64,000 nucleotides of DNA from an uncultured Planctomycetota bacterium (GTDB lineage Bacteria > Planctomycetota > Phycisphaerae > Tepidisphaerales > Tepidisphaeraceae): contig CAWJEN010000006.1 of NCBI GenBank assembly GCA_963841915.1, positions 576,001 to 640,000 on the forward strand, read 5' to 3'. The position numbers were made by a program, and so were the translations under genes. The notes beneath the pieces were generated by a model. The model was not told the DNA's origin and searched no databases. It saw only the letters and a program-made list of their open reading frames with translations. Of this stretch, positions 9,631-19,437 are shown piece after piece (within the stretch, counting starts at the first letter, position 1; the number at the start of each line of letters is the position of its first letter).

Positions 9631-9646
9631 TGTTCCACGTGGAACA
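9631..9646. promoter_or_regulatory. parS (ParB-binding) site
   Basis: TGTTCCACGTGGAACA; palindrome extends to 20 bp (AA...TT, 9629-9648). Confidence 0.9.
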
Positions 9647-9804
9647 TTTTGCAGCTCCCAATCACGTCGGCGGTCCGTCGGCCTTCATGACAACTCAAAT
9701 GGCAGCACGAGATGAAACGCGTCTCTATTTAAACACGTGTCGTCGCTCGTGCTGACGTTTCCGTCGCCGTACGCGCTGCGCCGCGGCGGCCGCCTTTGGC
9801 GTCG

Positions 9805-10500
9805 TCACAATCCGAACTCGAAGCCCAGCGACAGGATCACCATGATGACGCCGAAGGTCGCGATCCACTGCAGTGCGATGAAGATGATCGCAAAGATCTG
9901 AGCGTCGTTGCCGTCCATGTCGAGCATGACGTTCAGGCTGACCATGAGCACCAGGACGTAGATCGCAAAGCTGAAGATGCCGCCGATCCCGACAATCCAT
10001 TCCACCGTCCACTCGGCCGTCAACGCCATCGTGCTGGCGGCGCAGAGCTGCAGGATCGACATCCAGATCGTCCCACCGACCCCGACACCGATCGACGCGG
10101 CAATGAATGCGGCAATAACAGCCACGACGGTATAGACGACGGTCAGAACGAGAAAAACGACCGCGAACAAAGCCATTCCCGCCGGGCCGTCCGTCGTCAA
10201 GCCCATCAGCAGGAACAACACCGCACTGACGCCGATACCGATGACCGGGACAAGCCACTCCTTTCGTGCAACGTCGGCGGCGACGTCCTGCTCCCACTGC
10301 TGCTTGTCCCGTGCCGCCGCCAAACGGTCACGTTTCGATGCGGGACTCTTGGCGTTCCTGTAGTTGAGCGTCGGTGCACCCACGGCAGACGCACCAGCAT
10401 CGGCCGACGCAACGACCCTGCGACGCGGTTTCGGTTTCGGTTTCGGCGCAGGCGCGTCGTCTTCTGCAAAGTCGTACAGGTCAGCAGAGTCGTCAGCCAT
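9805..10500 (-). CDS. Hypothetical multi-pass membrane protein
   Basis: Low-complexity N-terminus (DLYDFAEDD, PKPKPKP) followed by ~5 hydrophobic segments. Confidence 0.75.
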   Translation of the reverse strand: MADDSADLYDFAEDDAPAPKPKPKPRRRVVASADAGASAVGAPTLNYRNAKSPASKRDRLAAARDKQQWEQDVAADVARKEWLVPVIGIGVSAVLFLLMGLTTDGPAGMALFAVVFLVLTVVYTVVAVIAAFIAASIGVGVGGTIWMSILQLCAASTMALTAEWTVEWIVGIGGIFSFAIYVLVLMVSLNVMLDMDGNDAQIFAIIFIALQWIATFGVIMVILSLGFEFGL

Positions 10501-10750
10501 AATCGGCCGCGAGTGTGACGCGTCGCCTCCTGCAATTCAAGAATGATCTATCGAAGCACGATCCGCCCAGCCGTTTCGGCGGCTTAATTGGCACGGACAA
10601 GCTTCTTTATCAAATCAGCTTTGACCGATCGTTACGCCCAGCCCGGCGGTTGACGCCAGGTGTGCGGCCGTGCCGCCTGACAGTGCAGACTGCGCCCCAC
10701 CAGGTTCAACACCCAAGGCCCCAGGGCGAACAACAGTCGTGGCATCAGGC

Positions 10751-11791
10751 TCATTGAGCGGCTCCTTCAAGCAGGCGTTGCCGACGCTTGTTCATCGGCG
10801 GAATCGGGTGAAATACAAACTCCACGCCCGCCGCCAGCGACGGGTCGGGCAGGTTGCGGGTGGCCAGCTCGTCGAGCATGGCGACGGCGTCGTCACGGCC
10901 GAGCTTGTCGGCGGCAAAGGCGTCGGCGGCGTAGATCTGCCACTTGCCCAGCGACGGCCAAAGCCCCAGCAAGCCCAGCCAGCACCACGTGCTCATCGTC
11001 GCCGCCAGCACGACGACCACGCCGGCCGCGCCAAGGTCGTCGGCCGCAAGCCAGCCTGCCAGCACGATGCCACCCACGATCCAGCCGGCCGTGCACAGCA
11101 TCGTCACGAGGCGATGCCTCAGCCGCAGGTGCCCGACCTCGCGGGCGATCAGGCCGGCTGCGACGCGTGGTTCGACCTGCGCCAGCGACGTCGCCAGGAA
11201 CAACCGCCGAAACGGCCCGACGCCGTTCCACCCACCGGCCAGCGACCGCTCGCCGTGGTCGTACCAGCTCACCGCCGGCACCGGCAGGTTCATCGCTCCA
11301 AGCTCCGCCTCGACCCGTTGCCACCAGTCGGCATCGGGCGCGGGTGCCCGCTTCGTCGGTGACAGCGGGTAGACGACGTGGAAGAACGACAGCCCCAGCA
11401 GCAACACCACCGCCGGGAGCCACCACCACGCGCCGGCGAGTGCGACGGCGATGCCGACGAGCAGGCCTGCCGAGGCGATCCCGCCGAGCCACTGCATGAC
11501 GTGCGTGAGGTAGCGACCGATCAGGCCGCCGGACTGTCGCTGGCCGTAGGCGAGTTCGGTTCTGGCGGCGTAGTAGTCAGGCCCGGCCTGCAGCAACGCT
11601 GCCCCAATGCCGAGCAGCAGCGCGGTGAAGAAGCCGGCGAGCACCGTCGGGAGCTTTTCGAAGAGTCCGTCTGCCGCCCGCGGCAGCCCGAGGCCGACGG
11701 CCACCCACAGAAGCACCAGGATCAAGCCGATGCCCGTGATGCCGCACCAGAGCCTGATCCGCTGATAAGTCGTCGCATCCGGCCGCGTCAT
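10751..11791 (-). CDS. M48 (Ste24/HtpX)-like membrane peptidase homolog with degenerate zinc motif
   Basis: Multi-TM; G.G..RRLFL, then IAREVGH (for AHExGH), QIYAADAFA (for ExEAD) and HPIP....R. Confidence 0.7.
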   Translation of the reverse strand: MTRPDATTYQRIRLWCGITGIGLILVLLWVAVGLGLPRAADGLFEKLPTVLAGFFTALLLGIGAALLQAGPDYYAARTELAYGQRQSGGLIGRYLTHVMQWLGGIASAGLLVGIAVALAGAWWWLPAVVLLLGLSFFHVVYPLSPTKRAPAPDADWWQRVEAELGAMNLPVPAVSWYDHGERSLAGGWNGVGPFRRLFLATSLAQVEPRVAAGLIAREVGHLRLRHRLVTMLCTAGWIVGGIVLAGWLAADDLGAAGVVVVLAATMSTWCWLGLLGLWPSLGKWQIYAADAFAADKLGRDDAVAMLDELATRNLPDPSLAAGVEFVFHPIPPMNKRRQRLLEGAAQ

Positions 11792-11843
11792 CGGGCGAGG
11801 GTAGTGAAGGCCTGCCCATCACGTTTCAGGAAGAGCGGAGAGC

Positions 11844-12045
11844 CGGAGGAACGCAAAGGAGCGAAGAGGCGAAGAGCCGCGAAGGTCAGAGAAAGAAGAA
11901 AGGGCGGCGTGGAATATGATGACCGGCCACGCCTTATCCAGGTCCTGCGACGGGGGTTTGACCCGCGGATCACGCACTTCCGCCACAAACGGTCATCTCT
12001 TTGCCTTCGCGCACCTTCGTCTCTTCGCTTCTTCGCGTTCCTCCG
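11844..12045. repeat. ~200-bp element bounded by ~49-bp imperfect inverted repeats made of GCGAAGA-like units
   Basis: Left arm 11844-11892 CGGAGGAACGCAAAGGAGCGAAGAGGCGAAGAGCCGCGAAGGTCAGAGA; reverse complement of right arm 11996-12045 CGGAGGAACGCGAAGAAGCGAAGAGACGAAGGTGCGCGAAGGCAAAGAGA. Confidence 0.8.
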
Positions 12046-12084
12046 CCTCTGTACCCGCCTAAAATCTGGATCGTGGCTGCCGTC

Positions 12085-13197
12085 ATGAACAACTCGATCG
12101 CCCACCTCGTGCAGGCGATGCAGGCCATCGCCCCCGAGCGGTTGGCCGAGCCTTGGGACAACGTTGGGTTGCTGATCGGCGACGAGCATCAGCCTTTGAC
12201 GGGCGTGATGTTGTGCATCGATCTGACGGTGCCGGTGATTGATGAAGCCGTCGCCGCCGGGGCGTCGGCGGTGGTGGCGTACCACCCGCCGATTTTCAAG
12301 GACGTCAAGCGACTCACGCCCGGCCGGCCCGAGTCGGTCGCGTACGAAGCTATGGTCGCGGGACTGGCTGTTTATTCGCCGCACACCGCGCTCGACGTCG
12401 TACCCGGCGGCACGAACGACGTGCTGGCCGACCTGATTTACCTGACCGACCGCCGCCCGCTCAAGCCGAAGTCGGCGTCGCTGGCCGACGTCTACAAGCT
12501 CGTGACGTACGTTCCCGGCGATAGCGTCGAGACCGTCGCCGACGCACTATTTGAAGCCGGCGCGGGACATACCGGTGGCTACGACCGGTGCAGCTTCCGT
12601 TCGACCGGCACCGGAACCTTTCGAGGCGGTGAAGGCACCAATCCGGCCGTCGGTGAGCCGGGACGCGAAGAGCGCGTCGGCGAGACGAAGCTCGAAGTCG
12701 TTGTGCCCAAGTCTGTCGCAGGCAATGTCGTGGCAGCCTTGCGGTCGGCACATCCCTACGAAGAAGTGGCTTTTGATCTGCTGCGCGTGGCCGACGATCC
12801 GGAGGACGAGATCGGTTTAGGTCGCATCGGCGAGTTCGAAGAGCCGGTGCCGCGAGACGTACTGTTCGGCCGAATCCGCCGGGAGCTGGGCGTGAGTGAT
12901 CTGCTCGTCGCCGGTCCGTTGGAGGGTGAGGTGAAGCGCGTTGCTTTGTGTGCCGGCTCGTGCGGTGAATTGCTCGACGATGCGGCCAGGCTGGGGGCGG
13001 AGTTTTACCTGACGGGTGAGCTTCGGCATCACGACGCGGTGCGGGCGGCTCGCATGGGCGTAACGGCCTGCTGCGTGCTGCACTCCAACAGCGAGCGGCC
13101 GACGCTGGAGGTGCTGCGTTACAAGCTGAGTGAGGCGTTGCCTGGCGTGTCGATCGAACGGGCGGTGTCGGATGTCGATCCGTTCAGCCTGCGTTAA
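12085..13197 (+). CDS. Nif3-like dinuclear metal-centre protein (YqfO type with PII-like insert)
   Basis: AEPWDNVGL, YHPPIF, HTALD, GAGH.GGYDRCSF, HPYEEVAFD, TGELRHHD. Confidence 0.93.
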   Translation: MNNSIAHLVQAMQAIAPERLAEPWDNVGLLIGDEHQPLTGVMLCIDLTVPVIDEAVAAGASAVVAYHPPIFKDVKRLTPGRPESVAYEAMVAGLAVYSPHTALDVVPGGTNDVLADLIYLTDRRPLKPKSASLADVYKLVTYVPGDSVETVADALFEAGAGHTGGYDRCSFRSTGTGTFRGGEGTNPAVGEPGREERVGETKLEVVVPKSVAGNVVAALRSAHPYEEVAFDLLRVADDPEDEIGLGRIGEFEEPVPRDVLFGRIRRELGVSDLLVAGPLEGEVKRVALCAGSCGELLDDAARLGAEFYLTGELRHHDAVRAARMGVTACCVLHSNSERPTLEVLRYKLSEALPGVSIERAVSDVDPFSLR

Positions 13198-13282
13198 GTT
13201 CGATTTTGGTCGCGATCGGACTGTCAAACAGGCTGGAACCTGTTAGGGTTCGTACAACCACCGCCCAAACGGCGGAGTTCGT

Positions 13283-14824
13283 ATGACGACAAACATCCTT
13301 TCCCGAGAGAACGACATCAAGACACCCGACACCGCCGGCCGCAAGCCGGCCATGCGTATGGTGCGCGACGCTTCCATGTCTCAAGCTTCTATATCTACCA
13401 ACACGCCTCTGCGTCGCAAGAGCGACCCGATCCCGCAGATCATCGAGACGCCGCCTTTCGCTGATGCGCCGGCCGACGGTTATCGCGGGTACATCTGCAT
13501 GCTCAGCACGCACGGCTACGTGGCCTCGCAGCCGCAGCTGGGCCAGCCCGATACGGGCGGTCAGGTGGTGTACGTGCTGGAATGTGCCAAGGCCTTGCGC
13601 ATGCTCGGTTACCAGGTCGACGTCGTCACGCGTGGCTTTGCCGACCAGCCGGAAGTCGATGACATGGGCCACGGCTTGCGCGTGCTGCGGATCCGCTTCG
13701 GCGGCGACGATTTTGTCATCAAGGAAAACTTCCACGACATCGTCGATGAAGGGGCGACCAACTTCCTGAAGAAGATCAAGGCCGACGGCATCGAGTATGA
13801 CCTCGTCAGCAGCCACTACTGGGACGCGGGCGTGATCGGCCAGAAGGTTGCCGAGGCGATGGACATTCCGCACGTCCACACGCCGCACAGCATCGGCGCC
13901 TGGAAGCAGGAGCAGATGAACGGCGACAACACGCCGCCCGAGAAGATCAAGGAATACCGCTTCGAGGAGCGGATCGCCGCCGAGCAGCGGATGTTCGAGC
14001 AGTGCGCGCACCTGATTGCGACGACGCACCAGCAGGAGGACCGCTTCATGGAGTACTACGGGGTGGCCGACGAGAAGATTACGGTCATTCCTGCCGGTCT
14101 CGACGAGACGCGGTTCAAGCCGCTGGCCGACGAGAAGATCCCGGCGATCCGCGAGAAGTTCGGCTTCAAGGAGAAAGACATCATCGCGCTGGGTCGCATG
14201 GCCCGGAACAAGGGCTACGACCTGCTGATCGGAGCAATGCCGCGGCTGTTGGAGCTTGTGCCGGACGCGCGGCTCGTGCTGGCCGTCGGGCACAACGACT
14301 CAAAGCAGGATCAAAAGCAAATCGACGAGCTGCGTCGTTTGGCGGCGACGCTGGGCGTGACGCAATCCATCGTGTTCTACGGCTACGTGGCCGATGAAGA
14401 CCTGCCCGATGTCTATCGCGCCGCGGCCGTCTACGCACTGCCGAGCCGGTATGAACCGTTCGGCATGACGGCCGTCGAGGCGATGGCCTGCGGCACCGCC
14501 AGCGTCATCACGACCCGAGGCGGCCTCAAAGAAAGCGTTGAGTTCGGCCAGCACGCCTTGTGGGCCGACCCCGAACGCGAGGGCGAGCTGGCCTACTGCC
14601 TGGCGCTGCCGCTTTTGTATCAGCCGATCCGCGACACGCTCGAAGAAGAGGGCAGCAAGTGGGCCCGCAAGAACTTCGCCTGGCGGGGCATTGCCCGGCA
14701 GCAGCTTGATGTCTTCAGCCGCGACGACGTGCTCAACCGCAAGCTGCCGACCGGTGCGCCGAGGAAGGGTGCCAGCACCCGACTTCCTGCCAGCCGCAGC
14801 GGGGCTGGCGAGTTGCTGCGGTAG
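13283..14824 (+). CDS. mfpsA: GT4 glycosyltransferase, mannosylfructose-phosphate synthase / sucrose-phosphate synthase family
   Basis: STHGYV...LG..DTGGQVVYVLE, SHYWDAG, HTPHS.G.WK, LGR.A.NKGYDLLI, GYVADEDLPD.YRAA, RYEPFGMTA.EAMA; start may be further downstream. Confidence 0.75.
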   Translation: MTTNILSRENDIKTPDTAGRKPAMRMVRDASMSQASISTNTPLRRKSDPIPQIIETPPFADAPADGYRGYICMLSTHGYVASQPQLGQPDTGGQVVYVLECAKALRMLGYQVDVVTRGFADQPEVDDMGHGLRVLRIRFGGDDFVIKENFHDIVDEGATNFLKKIKADGIEYDLVSSHYWDAGVIGQKVAEAMDIPHVHTPHSIGAWKQEQMNGDNTPPEKIKEYRFEERIAAEQRMFEQCAHLIATTHQQEDRFMEYYGVADEKITVIPAGLDETRFKPLADEKIPAIREKFGFKEKDIIALGRMARNKGYDLLIGAMPRLLELVPDARLVLAVGHNDSKQDQKQIDELRRLAATLGVTQSIVFYGYVADEDLPDVYRAAAVYALPSRYEPFGMTAVEAMACGTASVITTRGGLKESVEFGQHALWADPEREGELAYCLALPLLYQPIRDTLEEEGSKWARKNFAWRGIARQQLDVFSRDDVLNRKLPTGAPRKGASTRLPASRSGAGELLR

Positions 14825-14826
14825 CG

Positions 14827-16635
14827 TTACCGCGTGATGGCGACCACCGCCAGATCGGCGTGTCGATTGGGTTCGTCCGTCACGCGCTGGCCCGTCGCAG
14901 AATCGAGATAAACCGCTTCCCGAACCGCAATGCCGAGCACTCGGCACAGGTCGAGGAAGTCGTCGATGCTCGGATATCTGCGGTTGGGCGAGTCGTACCA
15001 CTCGTGGCTGAAGGGGCCCGGGGCCTTGGGGCTTCGTCCCTCGGTCGCGAGCATGTCGCGCAACGGCTGCCAGGCAAAGTTGGGAAAGCTGACAATGCCG
15101 ATGCGGCCGACGCGAAGGACTTCACGCATCACGTCGGCCGTACGTTCGACGCTCTGCAACGCCTGGCTGAGCACGACGACGTCGAATTGATCGTCGGCGA
15201 AAAAGGTCAGAGGCTTGTTGAGGTCGGCGTCGATGACGTCGAGCCCGCGTTGTGCTGCGGCAAGGACATTGGCCGTCCGCACGTCGACGCCCGCGATCTT
15301 GGCATGGCCGCGATGTCGAAGCCGGTCGAGCAGTCCGCCGTCGCCGCAGCCCAGATCGAGAACACTCGCCGCCGGATCGATGAGCGACAGAATCACATCA
15401 TGATCAAGCCGGCCGGCGTGGAAGATGCTCGTGCTGGCGTGTTCGAGAGATGAACCCTTCTCGGAAGTTTTAGACGCCTCTGTGTTCTCGTCGACACTGC
15501 AGATGGACTGCACGAACCGCCCATATTGGTCGGCCTCGGCCGGTAAAAGGAACGCGTCGTGCCCGCCGTCGCTGGCGATTTCGAGGTAGCTCACACGCCG
15601 ACCCGCGCGGCTGAGACCTTCGACCATCTGGCGCGAGCCTTCCGGCGGAAACAGCCAGTCGCTACTGAAACTGACGACGCCGAATCGCGTGCGGTGACTC
15701 GTTTTCTCGGCAAAGACGTTGGCCAGTTCGTCGGCACTGCCGCCGATGTCGAAGCGGTCCATGGCGCGGGTGAGGGTCAGGTAGCTGTTGGCGTCGAAGC
15801 GTTCGACGAATTTGTCGCCCTGATGGGCGAGGTAGCTGCCGACGCCGAAGTTGGCCTCGAAGGATCGGGCAAAGTCGCCGTCGAGGTCTCGCGGTTGGTC
15901 GCGTTGCGGATCAAACTTGGCGGTCATGCCGTCGCGTGACAGGTAAGTCACGTGGGCGAGCATGCGGGCCAGCGCCAGGCCGACGCGTGGCTGCTCCGGG
16001 CAATCGTGGTAGTCGCCACCGTTAAAATGCGGGTCGCGAAGAATGGCATTTCGGCCGACGACGTCGAAGGCAAGGGCTTGAGCTGTCAGGCGTGGCCCGG
16101 TGGCGACCAGGCAGCAGGCGTCGAGCATGTCGCCGTGATCGACCGCCCACTGCAGCGCCTGCTGGCCGCCCATGGATCCGCCGACGACGCCGGCGAGGCG
16201 TCGGATGCCGAGATGTTCGACGAGTTTTCGCTGAACCGCGACGGCGTCGCGCTGCAGGATGTCGGGGAACATCGCGCCGTAGCGCTTGCCTGTTGCCGGG
16301 TCGACGTCGCCCGGGCCGGTCGTGCCGCTGCAACCGCCGAGCGTGTTGGAGCAGAGGACAAAGAGCTTGTCCGTGTCGAGAAACTTGCCCGGCCCGATGA
16401 CCAGATCCCACCAACCGGCCTGATCGTCTGGGCCATGTCTGGCCGCGTGTGAGTCGCCGGTAAGGGCGTGGCAGATCAGGACGGCATTCGTGCGGCCGTC
16501 GTCGAAATGGCGAAGGGTGCCCCAGGTCTCGTACCGCACGACAAGGCGCTCGATCGTGCCCCCGAGATCCAGCGTGAGCGCCTCGTTGCTTTCGAACGTG
16601 TGTGCGTGCTTCGGCTCTCTGCAGGCGGCAGTCAT
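14827..16635 (-). CDS. metX: Homoserine O-acyltransferase MetX fused to methionine biosynthesis protein MetW
   Basis: CHALTGD, GGSMGG, RFDANSY, GHDAFLL followed by a SAM-binding MetW domain (VLDLGCGDG, IVSFPNF). Confidence 0.93.
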   Translation of the reverse strand: MTAACREPKHAHTFESNEALTLDLGGTIERLVVRYETWGTLRHFDDGRTNAVLICHALTGDSHAARHGPDDQAGWWDLVIGPGKFLDTDKLFVLCSNTLGGCSGTTGPGDVDPATGKRYGAMFPDILQRDAVAVQRKLVEHLGIRRLAGVVGGSMGGQQALQWAVDHGDMLDACCLVATGPRLTAQALAFDVVGRNAILRDPHFNGGDYHDCPEQPRVGLALARMLAHVTYLSRDGMTAKFDPQRDQPRDLDGDFARSFEANFGVGSYLAHQGDKFVERFDANSYLTLTRAMDRFDIGGSADELANVFAEKTSHRTRFGVVSFSSDWLFPPEGSRQMVEGLSRAGRRVSYLEIASDGGHDAFLLPAEADQYGRFVQSICSVDENTEASKTSEKGSSLEHASTSIFHAGRLDHDVILSLIDPAASVLDLGCGDGGLLDRLRHRGHAKIAGVDVRTANVLAAAQRGLDVIDADLNKPLTFFADDQFDVVVLSQALQSVERTADVMREVLRVGRIGIVSFPNFAWQPLRDMLATEGRSPKAPGPFSHEWYDSPNRRYPSIDDFLDLCRVLGIAVREAVYLDSATGQRVTDEPNRHADLAVVAITR

Positions 16636-16700
16636 CGGGGTCGTGAGGGTAGCCGATCAACCGCGTTCCTATGGCGTCAGCAGCAGATCATCCCGCGCGA

Positions 16701-17615
16701 CTACCCGTCAATGAACCGCCTCGTCAGGTCGCCGTACGCGTCGATCCGGCGGTCCCGCAGGAAAGGCCAGTGTGTGCGGCTGAACTCGACACGCGTCAAA
16801 TCACAAGGCACCACCAACGCCCCCGGCTCGTCGACGGCCGCCTCCGAGGCGACTTGGCCGTCGGGGCTGGCGACGAACGATTGGCCCCAGAACTTGATGC
16901 CTTCTTCCCCGAACGGCTTGCCCGCAGCGTCGAGCACGTGCTCGTGACCGATACGATTGGGCGCAACAACCCAACAGCCGTTGGCAATGGCGTGTGACTT
17001 CATCATCGTCTGCCACGAGGCGTGCTGGGCAACACCGAACTCCTCGCGTTCGCTCGGGTGCCAGCCGATAGCCGTCGGGTAAAACAGAATCTCGGCCCCG
17101 CCCATGGCCGTCAGACGGGCGGCCTCGGGGAACCACTGGTCCCAACAGATCAGCACACCAATCTTGGCGAACTTCGTGCGAAACGTCTTGAACCCAAGAT
17201 CGCCGGGCGTGAAGTAGAACTTCTCGTAGTAGAGCGGGTCATCGGGAATGTGCATCTTGCGGTACAGCCCCAGCACTTCACCACCGGCGTCGATGACGAC
17301 GGCCGTGTTGTGGTACAAGCCTGCCGCCCGCCGCTCGAAGAGGCTGCCGATCACGACGACATCGCGTTCCTTTGCCACCTCGATCAGCCGCCGCGTCGTC
17401 GGGCCGTCCGGCACCGGCTCGGCCAGATCGAAGAAGCGATGGTCTTCGCCCTGGCAAAAGTACTTGCTCGGAAACAGCTCCTGCGTGCAGACGATCTTGG
17501 CCCCCGCGTCGGCGGCGTCGTGGAGCAGCTTGATCTGCGCATCGACATTGGCCGCGACGTCATCGCCGCATGACATCTGCGTCAGGCCAATCTGAACAAT
17601 GCGGTCGGTTGGCAT
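16701..17615 (-). CDS. aguB: Carbon-nitrogen hydrolase, N-carbamoylputrescine amidase-like
   Basis: QELF, YRKMHIPDDPLYYEKFYFTPGD, ICWDQWFPEAAR, WPFLRDRR. Confidence 0.85.
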   Translation of the reverse strand: MPTDRIVQIGLTQMSCGDDVAANVDAQIKLLHDAADAGAKIVCTQELFPSKYFCQGEDHRFFDLAEPVPDGPTTRRLIEVAKERDVVVIGSLFERRAAGLYHNTAVVIDAGGEVLGLYRKMHIPDDPLYYEKFYFTPGDLGFKTFRTKFAKIGVLICWDQWFPEAARLTAMGGAEILFYPTAIGWHPSEREEFGVAQHASWQTMMKSHAIANGCWVVAPNRIGHEHVLDAAGKPFGEEGIKFWGQSFVASPDGQVASEAAVDEPGALVVPCDLTRVEFSRTHWPFLRDRRIDAYGDLTRRFIDG

Positions 17616-17647
17616 GGGCGAGGGTATGAAGCCAAAGACGCCTGACG

Positions 17648-17680
17648 AAAAACCGTCGCTCCGATGACTCGAAGCGACGG
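17648..17680 (-). terminator. Rho-independent terminator of the PEP-CTERM gene
   Basis: CCGTCGCT...AGCGACGG stem with a T-run following on the minus strand. Confidence 0.65.
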
Positions 17681-17711
17681 CCGGTTGTCAGAAGGTGTGC
17701 AGCCGATACGT

Positions 17712-18299
17712 TCAGCGACGACGCCGCAGCATGGCCAAGCCAACCAGTCCCAGTACCGAGGCCGAAGCCGGCTCGGGGACGTAGGTGGCAACGATGTTGT
17801 CCACCGTGAAGAAATCAACGATGGCCGGAGTGGCTACGAGATACGTGACCTCGGTGAAGGGTGTATCGCTCACGAAGCCTTGGAAGCCGTTGACCAGATT
17901 GAAGGTGGTTCCATCGATTTCAACGAAGATGCTCGGCGCCGGATTGGCCGCGACGGTCTCCGCCCCGTAAGCAAGCAGCGGCGAGTCGAACGTCAGCGTG
18001 ATGGCTGAAATGTCGCTGCCGGTGAGGAACAGGTCGAGCGCCTCGTCGTCGATGGCAAAGTCACCGCTGAACGTGGAGGAGCCGACCGCCGTTGCCGTTG
18101 CCGGCAGCGCCGGGTTCAGATCGACAGGTCCCGCACTCACGGCCGCCGTGTAGTCGACATCGGCGAACCCGGCAAAGTCCTGGAAGAAGTCGACGGAAAC
18201 GTCGGCCGGATCAAACGTCTGTGTCACAACGGCCGAAGCCGCGGCGGACAGACCAAGTACAACGGCAGTGGCCGCGAGTCCGAATTGAGTTGTCTGCAT
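17712..18299 (-). CDS. PEP-CTERM exosortase-target protein
   Basis: Signal peptide MQTTQFGLAATAVVLGLSAAASA; C-terminal VPEPASASVLGLVGLAMLRRRR. Confidence 0.92.
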   Translation of the reverse strand: MQTTQFGLAATAVVLGLSAAASAVVTQTFDPADVSVDFFQDFAGFADVDYTAAVSAGPVDLNPALPATATAVGSSTFSGDFAIDDEALDLFLTGSDISAITLTFDSPLLAYGAETVAANPAPSIFVEIDGTTFNLVNGFQGFVSDTPFTEVTYLVATPAIVDFFTVDNIVATYVPEPASASVLGLVGLAMLRRRR

Positions 18300-18361
18300 G
18301 GATTCTCTATCCCCCGCTGTGGCCGGCGGGAAGTTTCTGAGCGCGGTCGCAGGCGACATTA

Positions 18362-18399
18362 CAAAACGGAGCAGATGGTTACAAGTCCATCTGCTCCGT
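18362..18399 (-). terminator. Rho-independent terminator of the GlcG-like gene
   Basis: Perfect 13-bp stem ACGGAGCAGATGG/CCATCTGCTCCGT, followed by TTTTG on the minus strand. Confidence 0.75.
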
Positions 18400-18424
18400 C
18401 AAATGACGAACTGCGTCCTTCGTG

Positions 18425-18949
18425 CTACTTGAGCTTCTCGAGGCCGGCTTCAGCAATCATGTGGTCGTTCTCGACGGTCGATCCGCTGACGCCGATCGCG
18501 CCGACGACGGTGCCGTCGGCTGCCTTGATCGGGATGCCGCCGGGGAAGGTGATGAGGCCGTCGTTGCTGGCCTCGATCATGTAGAGCGGCTGGCCGGGCT
18601 GGCTGAGCTCGCCGATGTTGCCGGTGGGCATGTCGAAGTAGCGGGCGGTCTTGGCCTTCTTGATGGCGATGTCGATCGAACCGAGCCACGCGCCGTCCAT
18701 GCGGGCAAAGGCCTTGAGGTTGCCACCGGCGTCGACGACGGCGATGTTCATCTTGAGATCGTTGTCCTCACAGGCGGCGACCGCAGCATCGACGGCGGCC
18801 TGGGCCTGGGCCAGACTCATGTCCATCGTCTCGAGCGGGGCGACCTTGCCGGACGACTGATCGGCGTTCTGAGCGGAAGCGAAAAAGCCACCACAGGCCA
18901 GAGCGGCGGCGGCGGCGACAACAACGGTCAATCGTGCGTGTGCGTTCAT
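18425..18949 (-). CDS. Exported GlcG/HbpS (PduO C-terminal) family heme-binding protein
   Basis: [42 protein letters not shown]...DH; N-terminal signal peptide. Confidence 0.9.
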   Translation of the reverse strand: MNAHARLTVVVAAAAALACGGFFASAQNADQSSGKVAPLETMDMSLAQAQAAVDAAVAACEDNDLKMNIAVVDAGGNLKAFARMDGAWLGSIDIAIKKAKTARYFDMPTGNIGELSQPGQPLYMIEASNDGLITFPGGIPIKAADGTVVGAIGVSGSTVENDHMIAEAGLEKLK

Positions 18950-19056
18950 GACGGGACAGCATGTCACGAACCTCACGCCGCCGCAGCGGGTGAAGTTTGT
19001 GGGCCGGATCATCAAGCCGGAGCGTCCACCGCACCGAAGTGCGGGGCAGCTCCAAA

Positions 19057-19437
19057 TCAACTCGAGCTGTTTAGCTCTCTAGCGAGCTTCATCGCGAGAC
19101 GGCCGTAGTTGCTGGGCAGACGCGCCAATCGCTCTCGCCGAAGGTCGAGCGTCTCGACGCCACCTGCGGCATCTGTCACGTAGACGAACGGCAACGCGAC
19201 GGCGCGCACCTTGTACGGAACACCTGCCATGCAGCTGAGCGTCGTCCAGGTCACCGTGGCAATGGAACCACCGTCGTACGGCCGTTCTTCAGCCGGGCCT
19301 CGGTAGGTTGTCTCGGAGACGGTGACCCAGATGCCGGGACGAATGTCTTCAGGACCGATGAGCCGGCTCACGCCGACGGGCGCCTTCTTCTTCTGTTTTG
19401 TCTTTAACGCAGTCATGTCGAATCTCGTCACCGCCAT
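19057..19437 (-). CDS. Hypothetical protein
   Basis: Fills the gap between clpB and the GlcG-like gene; normal protein composition. Confidence 0.6.
   Translation of the reverse strand: MAVTRFDMTALKTKQKKKAPVGVSRLIGPEDIRPGIWVTVSETTYRGPAEERPYDGGSIATVTWTTLSCMAGVPYKVRAVALPFVYVTDAAGGVETLDLRRERLARLPSNYGRLAMKLARELNSSS

Larger units (their letters stand above)
9503..9683. repeat. 181-bp double-parS cassette, copy A
   Basis: Shares multiple conserved blocks with the reverse complement of 58181-58361. Confidence 0.85.

Noticed and set aside
9556..9646. parS pairs as a mini-CRISPR array
   Set aside because: Only two 16-20-bp perfect palindromes per locus, 51-59-bp structured spacers, and no cas genes.
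9375..9755. Short ORFs on both strands containing repeated 'MFHVEH'/'CSTWNI' peptides (also 57868-58678)
   Set aside because: They are translations of the parS palindrome, which reads the same on both strands, not protein repeats.
9778..9792. 15-bp partial copy (TGCGCCGCGGCGGCC) of the cassette's 22-mer
   Set aside because: Short and almost all G/C, so it could arise by chance; no parS accompanies it.
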